DNA of 64,000 nucleotides from an uncultured Dehalococcoidia bacterium (GTDB taxonomy: Bacteria > Chloroflexota > Dehalococcoidia > Lucifugimonadales > UBA3495), in the NCBI GenBank assembly GCA_951812535.1, contig CATOSK010000009.1, forward strand, positions 40,436-104,435. The letters run 5' to 3'. Under the pieces are notes generated by a model, which was given only the letters and a program-made list of their open reading frames with translations, searched no databases and had not been told where the DNA came from. The position numbers and the translations under genes are program-made. This document shows positions 35,302 through 43,672 of the stretch, in pieces; positions within the stretch are counted from its first letter, which is position 1, and the number at the start of each line of letters is the position of its first letter.

Positions 35302-36132
35302 ATGACCGAACCCTCCAGCGAAACCCTGCCCCTTTCTGTCTCCGGACGCTCCGTCCTCGAAGTTTGCACCGCCGTGGCCCGGGACGCCGGCCAATTGGTC
35401 AGGTCCCGCTTCCTCACTGACCTGTCCGTCAGCTTCAAGGGCCGCGCGGACATAGTGACCGATGTTGACTTACAGTCCGAAGAACTGATTCTCGGCACGT
35501 TGACCAGCGAATTCCCGGGCTTCAGCATCCTCTCCGAGGAATCGGAACCCGTAATCAACGATTCCGCTTACACATGGGTGGTCGACCCCATCGACGGCAC
35601 CCGCAACTTCGCCGAAGGCATTCCCCACTACTGCGTCGTCGTTGCCCTCGCCCGCGGGCCGGAAACAGTGGTGGGCGTCACCTACGACCCCATCAAGGAC
35701 GAGATGTTCACCGCCGAACGGGGCAAGGGAGCCTTCCTCAACGGCGAACCTCTGGCCGTCTCAGACCGGCAGGAAATCCCCGAAGCCGTCCTGGGCTTCG
35801 ATCTTGGCTACGTCGACGAAAAGGCGGGGCTGGCCCTGGACATGGTCCGCGGACTGTGGCCCAACATCCAGGGAATGCGCCTAATGGGTTCCTCAGCCCT
35901 GGGGTTGGCGTATGCCGCGGCCGGGCGTCTCGACGTCTACTTCCACCACCACCTGTCACCCTGGGACCTGTGCTCCGGCCTGCTCCTCGTGCGCGAAGCC
36001 GGTGGGACGGTCGTCAGCAAGACCGGCGCTCCCTCCGATCTCTTCACTCCCAGCATCATCGCCTCCAGCCCCCGCCTCGTGGAAAAATTCCTGGAAGCCA
36101 CCGAGGGAATGCCCTGGCGGCTGGACGGCTGA
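35302..36132 (+). CDS. Inositol monophosphatase family protein (SuhB-like)
   Basis: ILSEES, WVVDPIDGTRNF and WDLCSGLLLVREAGG are the IMPase signatures. Confidence 0.88.
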   Translation: MTEPSSETLPLSVSGRSVLEVCTAVARDAGQLVRSRFLTDLSVSFKGRADIVTDVDLQSEELILGTLTSEFPGFSILSEESEPVINDSAYTWVVDPIDGTRNFAEGIPHYCVVVALARGPETVVGVTYDPIKDEMFTAERGKGAFLNGEPLAVSDRQEIPEAVLGFDLGYVDEKAGLALDMVRGLWPNIQGMRLMGSSALGLAYAAAGRLDVYFHHHLSPWDLCSGLLLVREAGGTVVSKTGAPSDLFTPSIIASSPRLVEKFLEATEGMPWRLDG

Positions 36133-37335
36133 TTACTCCGCCACCACTCCCGCCTCCACCAGCCCGTCGATCTTCTCTTCATCGAATCCGAACTCTCTGA
36201 GCACTTCCCGGCTGTGCTCTCCCAGGCCGGGCGCCCTGCGATACACCGCACCGGGGGTCTCCGAGAGCTTCACCGGCACTCCGATATGCCTCAACGTCCC
36301 CAGCGCGTCGTCCTCCAGGTCCACCACCATCCGCCGCGCCTGCACGTGGGGATCGTCGTAGACCTGTTTCATGTTGTATATCGGACCGGCCACCACTCCG
36401 GCCGTTGCCAGGCTCTCCAGCCAGTAGTCCGTCTCTTGCTGGGTCAGGGTCTCCTCCAGCAGTTCCGCCAACTCTCCCTCCCGCGCCTTCCGGTCCCCCG
36501 GTTCCCTGAACCGGGCATCATCGATCAGACCGTCCAGCCCCACCGCCCGGCAGAACTGCTCCCAGGTCGCCTGGGTTGCCGCCCCCAGGTTGATGTAACC
36601 GTCCCTGGTTCGGAGAGCCTGGTAGGGCGCCGAAACGCGGTGCGCCGATCCCAGCGGCCCAGGCACCCCGCCGTCCGCGAAGTAGCCCGACGATTCCCAG
36701 ATGGTGTAAGCGATGCCTGCCTCCAGCAAGGAGGTATCCACCATCTGCCCCTGCCCTGTTTTCAGCGCGTGGATATACGCCGCCAGGATTCCGTTGGCTG
36801 CCAGGAACCCCGCTGAAATATCCGTTATCGGCACGCCAACCTTGGCCGGTGGGCTGTCCGGAAACCCGGTTATGCTCATCAGCCCGCTCATCCCCTGCGC
36901 CACGAGGTCAAACCCGCCCCGGTCCCGGTACGGGCCGCTGCTGCCGAACCCCGAAATCGTGCAGTACACCAGGCTTGGCTTTCGCTCCTTCAGGGACTCG
37001 TAACCCAGCCCCAGCCGTTCCATCACGCCGGGCCGGAAGTTCTCCACCACCACGTCCGCCCCTTCCAGGAGCCGGCAGAAGACGTCTCGTCCCTCCCCGC
37101 CCTGCAGGTTCAGGGCCAGGCTCCTCTTGTTCCGGTTCAGGGCCATGAACCCGGCCGCCCGCCCCTTCACGAACGGCGGGCCCATCCGGCGCGTGTCGTC
37201 GCCCCCGTTGGGCCGCTCGATCTTCACCACGTTGGCCCCCATGTCCGCCAGCATCATCGTGCATACCGGACCGGCCATGATTTGCGTCAGGTCCAGCGCG
37301 ACCATCCCGTCCAGGGGTCCTTTAGGCATCGTCAT
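36133..37335 (-). CDS. CaiB/BaiF family III CoA-transferase
   Basis: 400 aa. GPLDGMVALDLTQIMAGPVCTMMLADMGANVVKIE, the FMALNRNKRS block and LVYCTISGFG are present. Confidence 0.88.
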   Translation of the reverse strand: MTMPKGPLDGMVALDLTQIMAGPVCTMMLADMGANVVKIERPNGGDDTRRMGPPFVKGRAAGFMALNRNKRSLALNLQGGEGRDVFCRLLEGADVVVENFRPGVMERLGLGYESLKERKPSLVYCTISGFGSSGPYRDRGGFDLVAQGMSGLMSITGFPDSPPAKVGVPITDISAGFLAANGILAAYIHALKTGQGQMVDTSLLEAGIAYTIWESSGYFADGGVPGPLGSAHRVSAPYQALRTRDGYINLGAATQATWEQFCRAVGLDGLIDDARFREPGDRKAREGELAELLEETLTQQETDYWLESLATAGVVAGPIYNMKQVYDDPHVQARRMVVDLEDDALGTLRHIGVPVKLSETPGAVYRRAPGLGEHSREVLREFGFDEEKIDGLVEAGVVAE

Positions 37336-37565
37336 AGCGGGCTCCCCTCCAGAAACGTGCCCTCAAGTCTATCAGAACAGCCCCTCCCATCAGGATGATT
37401 GCAGAGTGCCTCGGCCTCCCGAGGTTCCCCGTCATCAACCTTCCCGTTTACACTCCCCAATCGTCCCGCAGACGGCCACCCGGAGCCTACATAATCTTGC
37501 GTCAGGTTGGTATCATAGGGGCCGGCGCTGAACGCAAATCCTGGCAGCCTCCCGTTTGGTGATTC

Positions 37566-38258
37566 ATGGGTGTTGAAGAGTTCCTGAGTCTCGCAAAACT
37601 CGCCTTGCCGTTGCTGCTGGGTTATCTCCTGGGGTCCGTGCCCTTCGCCCACCTGGCGGCCCGGTTGAAGGGCGTGGACATCTTCAAGACCGGCAGCACT
37701 CAGGCCGGCACCGCCAACGTCTTCTGGAACATCAGCCGGCGGATAGGCATTCTCGTCTTCGCCGGGGATGTTGCCAAGGGGGCCCTCGCGGTGTCCATCG
37801 CCCACCTCATGGATTCCGAGCCTCCCGTCCTAGTAGTCACCGGAGGGGCTGCGGTCCTTGGGCACTGGAAGTCGGTATTCACGGGGTTCCGCGGCGGGGA
37901 TGGTATGGCCACGTTGCTGGGAGTCACCGTGACCCTGGTGCCGGTCCTGGCTTTGCCCGGGATACTCATGGGTGTGGCAAGCGTGGCCCTGGCGTGGAAG
38001 TCACCCTACCGGTCCGGCATAGGAATCGCCATGTGCTTCACGTTGGTGTTGGTCCTCAGCCTGCTGCTGCTCCACCGGGACCAGCAGCTGGCGGTGGGTT
38101 TGACCGGCGTCGCCATCCTCGTTCTCGCCCACAACATCATAGTCCGGCGCCGGAGGCTGGCCGCTTCGGGAATCGGTCCCTTGGATGATTTCGACGACCT
38201 TGAAATGGACCTCACCGACGACAACGACCTGGATTCCACTGTCCCGGAGCGCCCCTAG
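37566..38258 (+). CDS. plsY: Glycerol-3-phosphate acyltransferase PlsY, paralog 1
   Basis: LLGYLLGSVPFAHLAARLKGVDIFKTGSTQAGTANV and GGDGMATLLG resemble PlsY. The C-terminal ~40 aa form an acidic extension. Confidence 0.8.
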   Translation: MGVEEFLSLAKLALPLLLGYLLGSVPFAHLAARLKGVDIFKTGSTQAGTANVFWNISRRIGILVFAGDVAKGALAVSIAHLMDSEPPVLVVTGGAAVLGHWKSVFTGFRGGDGMATLLGVTVTLVPVLALPGILMGVASVALAWKSPYRSGIGIAMCFTLVLVLSLLLLHRDQQLAVGLTGVAILVLAHNIIVRRRRLAASGIGPLDDFDDLEMDLTDDNDLDSTVPERP

Positions 38259-38273
38259 ATCCCCTGGGTCCGG

Positions 38274-39458
38274 CTAACCCCGCGTTTCCCTCTTGCGGCG
38301 AAGCCCGTCCAGGTTCAGCAGCCACCCCAGGTGTTCGTCCCGCTCCGCCTCGGCTCGCCAGCCCGGCTCCAGGGCCTCGGCGCTCCCCAGGTATTCCAGG
38401 GACTCCTGCAGCCGCCCTAACTTGGAGCACAACCTGGCCGCGTTGAAGTACGCCACCGCGAACCCCTTCCTCCCGTTCATGGCCGCCACGTAATCCCGCA
38501 TCGCGCCTTCATCGTCCCCCAAAGCCTCCAGCGCCGCGCCCCGATTGCTGAAAACCTCGACAAAATCCGGCCGGATGGCCGTTGCCTCGTTGTAGTCGCG
38601 CAAGGCGCTCTGGTAGTCGCCCATCGCGTCGTAGGCCAGGCCCCGGTTGTTCCAGGCTTCAGCATCATCCGGCCGTAATGCGATGACGTGAGAGTAGTCG
38701 TCCGCGGCGTCCTCAACCTGCCCCAGGTAATATCGGGTCCGGGCGCGGTTGAACCAGGCGTTGACGTTGCCCGGGTCCAGGAGGATCGCCTCGGTGTAGT
38801 CTTCGATGGCCGCTTCATGCTGCGCCATCTCGTCCAGGGACGCCCCCCTGTTCAGGAAAGCATTGGAAAGGTCCGGCCTCAGTTCTACGACCAGGTCAAA
38901 CTGTTCCACGGCTTCGGAGTGACGCCCCAGCTTGCCCAGAACGATCCCCCGGTTGTAATGCGCCCGCAGGTACCCGGGATCCAGTTCGATCGCCGCCGAA
39001 TACTCCGCAATCGCCTGTTCGCCCTTTTCCAGGTCATCCAGGGCATTGCCTCGTTGGTAATGGATTTGAGCCCGGGTTGGATCACCGTATTCCAGTGCAC
39101 CCAGCGCCCGGTCGAAGCAGAGCAGAGCCTCTTCCGGCTTTCGCAGCCTGATACGGCACAATCCAAGATTGAAGTTGAACACGGGATGCCCGGGGCTGCC
39201 GTCAACGAGCGCGGAGAACGCATCCGCTGCCTCAGAGTAGCGCCCCACGGCAAAGGAGGCGTTCCCGAAGACGAGCCTTGCCTCATCCCGGGGATCTGGC
39301 CCCAACTCCGCAAGCATGTCCAGGACTCTCTCTTTGCTGACCCCGGTCAGGCTCCCGCCTCGGGGCGGCGGGGATATGTAGGTGTTGCCTATCCCGCAAT
39401 CGGCAAGAAGAGAAGCCAGCCGCGCCGCTGCGCCTTGTCCGGTGTCCTGACCTGACAT
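38274..39458 (-). CDS. Tetratricopeptide-repeat protein
   Basis: 394 aa. About 9 consecutive 34-aa TPR units (A..Y..AI.L.P....A..NRG...) are visible. The ATG overlaps the stop of the upstream CMD gene (TAATG). Confidence 0.85.
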   Translation of the reverse strand: MSGQDTGQGAAARLASLLADCGIGNTYISPPPRGGSLTGVSKERVLDMLAELGPDPRDEARLVFGNASFAVGRYSEAADAFSALVDGSPGHPVFNFNLGLCRIRLRKPEEALLCFDRALGALEYGDPTRAQIHYQRGNALDDLEKGEQAIAEYSAAIELDPGYLRAHYNRGIVLGKLGRHSEAVEQFDLVVELRPDLSNAFLNRGASLDEMAQHEAAIEDYTEAILLDPGNVNAWFNRARTRYYLGQVEDAADDYSHVIALRPDDAEAWNNRGLAYDAMGDYQSALRDYNEATAIRPDFVEVFSNRGAALEALGDDEGAMRDYVAAMNGRKGFAVAYFNAARLCSKLGRLQESLEYLGSAEALEPGWRAEAERDEHLGWLLNLDGLRRKRETRG

Positions 39459-40006
39459 TACAGGGTGGAAACGCGGCCCGCACCCATTTCAGGCTTCAGC
39501 GCATTCTGGGCGACGGCGAGGGCGCTGTAATAGGAAACCGTCAGGGTGAGGTCCACTACGCCGTCAACGCCCAACAGTTCCTGGGCCGCCGAGAAGGTCT
39601 CGTCCGAAACATCCTTGCCGCGCAGGGATTCGTGCACGAACCGGGCCACCACCGCTTCATCGGCATTGAGGCCCTCCGGGGCTTTCCACGTGCGGATGCT
39701 TTCGATTGCATCGTCGCTGATGCCTTCGCGGGCCGCAGCTACGGCATGGCCGGTCCATTCGATCCCGCTGTTCCATTCCCGCGCAACCAGTATGATGGCC
39801 AGTTCCTTCAACGAGTCTGGCATGGAGCTCTGGAAGCGGAGTTGGGCGCCCATGGATGTCAAATGACCGGCGGCTTTCGGGCTGTGCAGCAGTGCCCTGA
39901 ACTGCAATCCAACCTCGGCAGCGTTGCGGTCCTGCCGTATCTGGTCGTAAATTGCCTGGCCTTCGGCATCCAGTTCTTCTCTTGCGACATAAGGGACTCT
40001 CGCCAT
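39458..40006 (-). CDS. Carboxymuconolactone decarboxylase (AhpD-like) family protein
   Basis: 182 aa, all-helical. LAIILVAREWNSGIEWTGH fits the CMD-family core. Confidence 0.7.
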   Translation of the reverse strand: MARVPYVAREELDAEGQAIYDQIRQDRNAAEVGLQFRALLHSPKAAGHLTSMGAQLRFQSSMPDSLKELAIILVAREWNSGIEWTGHAVAAAREGISDDAIESIRTWKAPEGLNADEAVVARFVHESLRGKDVSDETFSAAQELLGVDGVVDLTLTVSYYSALAVAQNALKPEMGAGRVSTL

Positions 40007-40120
40007 ACCAACACCCCATCGTCCAGGTTCGGGTTGGGCCCAGCCTTAGCGGCTGTCATAGGATAACATGGGCGATTCCCACTGACTAACTGCCGGCCCG
40101 ATGGGGTCGGCGTCCCGTTT

Positions 40121-40150
40121 TACGTGGTGCATCTCTACGTGGTGCATCTC
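40121..40150 (+). repeat. Perfect tandem duplication, 2 x 15 bp
   Basis: tacgtggtgcatctc tacgtggtgcatctc. Confidence 0.9.
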
Positions 40151-40159
40151 AACGACAAC

Positions 40160-40196
40160 GGGAGTCTGGATTCCCGTCTACGCGGGAAAGATGGGG
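40160..40196 (+). repeat. GC-rich repeat family R2, partial copy
   Basis: gggagtctggattcccgtctacgcgggaaagatgggg aligns with the ends of 33681-33733 but lacks the central hairpin. Confidence 0.65.
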
Positions 40197-40240
40197 TAGA
40201 AGGAGGCGGGTAGGGAGTGAAACCACCTGAAACGGAACGC

Positions 40241-40268
40241 TGGCCGTTGACACTTGGCCGTTGACACC
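40241..40268 (+). repeat. Near-perfect tandem duplication, 2 x 14 bp, each unit containing TTGACA
   Basis: tggccgttgacact tggccgttgacacc. Confidence 0.9.
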
Positions 40269-40289
40269 AGCCCGCTGGCTCGTTAGCGT
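40261..40289 (+). promoter_or_regulatory. Candidate sigma70-like promoter (TTGACA-N17-TAGCGT)
   Basis: ttgaca at 40261-66, a 17-nt spacer, tagcgt at 40284-89. It points into a ~430-nt region with no convincing ORF, ahead of the gene at 40723. Confidence 0.35.
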
Positions 40290-40436
40290 CAATGGGTGTG
40301 GCGCAGCTCAACAGCCCATTCCCGTCTGCTCGGCCTTCCCCGGGATCGGACCCTTTACCATCGGTCCCAGGTTCTCAGGCTGCCTGGACTGCGTTCGGGA
40401 CATCCAAGCCTGCCCGGGAGATTCCAGTGAGCTTCC

Positions 40437-40520
40437 GGAAATGTCTCAAAGTGTCCCACTTTGTCCCACCAGGTCCCAATTCTGTCCCAGTTGTGTCCCG
40501 TCCGCGACGCGACAAGACCC
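40437..40520 (+). repeat. Helically phased TGTCNC hexamer array (GAAATG-initiated), copy 3
   Basis: TGTCTC 40442, TGTCCC 40452, TGTCCC 40462, GGTCCC 40472, TGTCCC 40483, TGTCCC 40494 give spacings of 10,10,10,11,11 bp. The array is followed by cgcgacgcgacaag. Confidence 0.85.
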
Positions 40521-40722
40521 TAATTTGGCGCTAAAACCGCTCGGTTTCAGGGGTTTTCAAGCACGAAACCGGCTAATGTCCCACAACGAGAAATCCGCTG
40601 TTCTCCCCTTGCCCGGCAGCCCCGGGGACCTGGCAGCCCGTCGTTGACCCTCAGGTGGGGCCGGGTTATAGTACCCCCCAGGTTTCGCCTCACCATTCAA
40701 GCATCTGGGAAAGGTCGGTTTA

Positions 40723-41430
40723 GTGTTTGCGCTGATTCTGGCAGGCGGCAAGGGCGAGCGCCTGCGCCCGCTGACTGATTCCATGCCCAAGCCGATGGTG
40801 CCGGTAGGTGAGAGGCCCATCCTGTGGCACCAGGTCGAGTGGTTGAAGGCGGCGGGAGTAACCGACGTAGTTTTCCTGGCCGGATATCGGTGGCACGACA
40901 TCGAGGACTACTTTGGGAACGGAGAATCGTTCGGCGTCCGTGCTCATTACAGCGTGGAAGATTCGCCCCTGGGACGGGGCGGGGCGATCAAGCAGGGGTT
41001 TTCCATGGTGCCGGAGGACGAGGAATCGGTCATAGTCCTGAACGGTGACATCATAACCGCCCAGGGTCCGGCTGAGGTCATGGATGACTTCCGGCAACAC
41101 CGGAAAGCCAATCCCGCCCACATGGCCACTCTGCTGGTCGTCCCAATGGTCAGTCCCTACGGATTGGTCGACACGGAACCCGACGGCGGGGTGTCTGGAT
41201 TCCGTGAGAAAGCCGAGTTGCCTTACTGGATAAACGCTGGAATCTACGTGTTCAACCGTGCCATCGCTCCCCTCCTGCCTGACCTGGGCGACCATGAAAC
41301 GGAGACGTTCCCCGACCTCGCATCCGCGGGAAGGATCTCTGCTTTGAAGTCGCGGGAGTTTTGGCGCAGCGTGGACTCCTTCAAGGACCTGCGGGAAGCG
41401 GAAGAGTTTGTGTTGGGATCACATCGATGA
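40723..41430 (+). CDS. Sugar-1-phosphate nucleotidyltransferase (NTP_transferase family)
   Basis: GTG start. ALILAGGKGERLRPLTDSMPKPMVPV is the signature loop, and LNGDII and INAGIYVF are present. The sugar specificity is unknown. Confidence 0.85.
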   Translation: MFALILAGGKGERLRPLTDSMPKPMVPVGERPILWHQVEWLKAAGVTDVVFLAGYRWHDIEDYFGNGESFGVRAHYSVEDSPLGRGGAIKQGFSMVPEDEESVIVLNGDIITAQGPAEVMDDFRQHRKANPAHMATLLVVPMVSPYGLVDTEPDGGVSGFREKAELPYWINAGIYVFNRAIAPLLPDLGDHETETFPDLASAGRISALKSREFWRSVDSFKDLREAEEFVLGSHR

Positions 41431-41498
41431 ATGCCCAGTCCCCCACGCCATCCCGGTCGGCCAGCCTTCCCCGCGCCCGGTTTCCAGCGGCCTGAGAC

Positions 41499-42452
41499 GT
41501 GCAGGTTTCGGACTCGGTCAACGAGCTGGTTGGAGCCATCTCCCAGATAAAAGCCAACATCGGAAAGGTGTTGGTCGGCAAGGACGACGTCATCGAACTC
41601 ATCCTGGCCGCCGTCCTCAGTGGAGGGCACATCCTCATCGAAGACGTGCCCGGGATCGGGAAGACCACCCTCGCCCGTTCGCTTTCCGGTTCATTGGACT
41701 GCGCCTTCAAACGGATCCAATGCACCCCCGACCTCATGCCGTCGGACATCACCGGCATCCACTACTACAATCAGAAGACCAGCGAGTTCGAGTTCAGGGC
41801 CGGTCCCATCATCGCCCAGATCGTCCTGGCCGACGAAATCAACCGGGCCACTCCCAGGACCCAGTCTGCCCTGCTGGAAGCAATGGCGGAACGCCAGGTA
41901 ACCATCGACGAGCAGACTATTCCCCTGCCCGCGCCTTTTCTGGTACTCGCGACGCAGAACCCCATCGAGCTCGAAGGGACATTCCCCCTGCCCGAGGCGC
42001 AGTTGGACCGTTTCCTGCTCCGCCTCCGGCTGGGTTATCCGGCAGAGCCTGAAGAAGAGGAGATGCTGGTCAGGTTTGACCACGCCGACCCCCTGGGTTC
42101 TCTTCAGCCGGTAACTGATGCCCGGGAGGTGGTGGGTTACCAGGACGTGGTCCAGCACATTTACGTCGATCCGGTGTTGCGGACCTACCTGGTGAGGATC
42201 GTCCAGGCCACCCGGAACCACGCCGAACTGGAGCTGGGCGCAAGTCCCCGGGCCACCATCGGCTTATACCGCTCCAGCCAGGCCCTTTCGGCGATCCGCG
42301 GCCGGGAGTACGTCACCCCCGACGAGATCAAATTCCTGGCTCCATTCACCCTGGCCCACCGTGTGATACTGAAAGCTCAAGCCCGCCTGCGGGAACGCAC
42401 TGCCGAGGCCATAATCGAAGAGATCCTCAACCAGGTTGAAGTCCCCGTTTAG
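41499..42452 (+). CDS. MoxR-family AAA+ ATPase
   Basis: 317 aa. It has GHILIEDVPGIGKTTLA (Walker A), VLADEINRATPRTQSALLEAM (Walker B/sensor) and FLVLATQNP. Confidence 0.92.
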   Translation: MQVSDSVNELVGAISQIKANIGKVLVGKDDVIELILAAVLSGGHILIEDVPGIGKTTLARSLSGSLDCAFKRIQCTPDLMPSDITGIHYYNQKTSEFEFRAGPIIAQIVLADEINRATPRTQSALLEAMAERQVTIDEQTIPLPAPFLVLATQNPIELEGTFPLPEAQLDRFLLRLRLGYPAEPEEEEMLVRFDHADPLGSLQPVTDAREVVGYQDVVQHIYVDPVLRTYLVRIVQATRNHAELELGASPRATIGLYRSSQALSAIRGREYVTPDEIKFLAPFTLAHRVILKAQARLRERTAEAIIEEILNQVEVPV

Positions 42453-42466
42453 TCCAGGGGTCCCGA

Positions 42467-43672
42467 ATGCTCAACGACCTTTGGTTGCTGATCAGTGCCA
42501 TACTGATCGTTGTCGGTCTGCTGGCCAGCCAGGGACTGCTCATCATCGTTGGTTCCCTCGTCATTGTCGTTTGGCTGCTGACAAAGTTCTGGAACCGGTA
42601 CGCCTTTGAGGAGGTGAGCCACGGCAGAAGCTTGTCCCAGGCCAAGGCGTTCATTGGGGACGAGGTCGAGTACACCGTCACCCTTACCAACGAAAAAATA
42701 GTCCCCCTCATCTGGGTGGATATCCAGGACGCCATCCCGATCGGGTTGGAGTTGGCGGGCGCCAATATACGGGGCACCCTGGCGGAGGACACGCGGGAGC
42801 ACCGCATCACAACGTCGTTGCTTCCCTATCAGAGAGTGTCCTGGAAATACGCTATGCGCTGCAACGCCCGCGGCTATTACCGCCTCGGGCCGGCCCGCCT
42901 CCGCAGCGGCGACATCTTCGGCTTCACGGCAGCCGAGCAGCATTTGTCCGGCGTGGAGCATATCCTCGTTTACCCGAGGGTCTTGGACCTGCAGGACCTC
43001 ATCCTCCCTGCAGAAAATCCCTTGGGGGAAGCGAAGGGCCGGCAGCCGATATTCCACGACCAGACCAGGTTCATCGGCCTGCGCGACTACCAGCCTCAGG
43101 ACCCCATGAAGCACGTTGACTGGAAAGCCACTGCCAGGAAGTCGGCCCTCCAAACCAAGATATTCGAACCGGTGGTGTCGCTGGAAGTGCTAATCGCCCT
43201 GAACGCGGCTACGGGAGAACACGCTTGGCAGGGCACCAATCGCAGGCTGTTCGAGCGGTCGGTGACAACCGGAGCCTCTGTGGCCGGTTACTGCGCCGGT
43301 CGGGGTTACAGTTTCGGGCTGGTAAGCAACTCGGTCGCGGTGTATTCCGGAAAGTGGATCAACGTGGCTCCCGGGTCAGCTGAGTCCCAGCTCCCCACAG
43401 TGCTGGAGGCGTTGGCCGTTGCCGGTTCGTACTCTGTAGCCTCTCTGGCCGACGTTATCCGGGCGGAACGGGGTTCTTTTCGGCCCGGCGCGACCATAGC
43501 CCTAGTGACCGCCTTGGTTACTCCCGGTCTGTTGGGAGAAATCTACGAACTGCGCGGCCGGGGGTTCCAGGTTATCGTGTTTTACTCCGGCGACGGCGGT
43601 CCCAGGACGCCGTTGGTGGACATCCCGGTCCATCTGATGGGGCCCGTCCTGGACCCAGTGGAATCCCTGTGA
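42467..43672 (+). CDS. DUF58 domain protein (MoxR-associated, vWA-like)
   Basis: 401 aa with N-terminal TM helices. FIGLRDYQPQDPMKHVDWKATAR is the DUF58 hallmark. Confidence 0.85.
   Translation: MLNDLWLLISAILIVVGLLASQGLLIIVGSLVIVVWLLTKFWNRYAFEEVSHGRSLSQAKAFIGDEVEYTVTLTNEKIVPLIWVDIQDAIPIGLELAGANIRGTLAEDTREHRITTSLLPYQRVSWKYAMRCNARGYYRLGPARLRSGDIFGFTAAEQHLSGVEHILVYPRVLDLQDLILPAENPLGEAKGRQPIFHDQTRFIGLRDYQPQDPMKHVDWKATARKSALQTKIFEPVVSLEVLIALNAATGEHAWQGTNRRLFERSVTTGASVAGYCAGRGYSFGLVSNSVAVYSGKWINVAPGSAESQLPTVLEALAVAGSYSVASLADVIRAERGSFRPGATIALVTALVTPGLLGEIYELRGRGFQVIVFYSGDGGPRTPLVDIPVHLMGPVLDPVESL

Noticed and set aside
40437-40520. The TGTCCC array as a cluster of DnaA boxes (oriC), given that the high-G+C DnaA box is TTGTCCACA and that gyrB is in the window.
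   Set aside because: The hexamers read TGTCCCA, not TGTCCACA. They are all in one orientation at a strict 10-11-bp period. No dnaA/dnaN gene and no AT-rich unwinding element are nearby, and gyrB is 8 kb away in an unrelated context. This is not excluded, but it is unsupported.
40261-40647. A 128-aa ORF in the long intergenic region.
   Set aside because: It is Cys/Pro/Ser-rich with no recognisable domain, and it runs straight through the phased hexamer array and other repeats. No SD-like sequence was seen. It is treated as non-coding.
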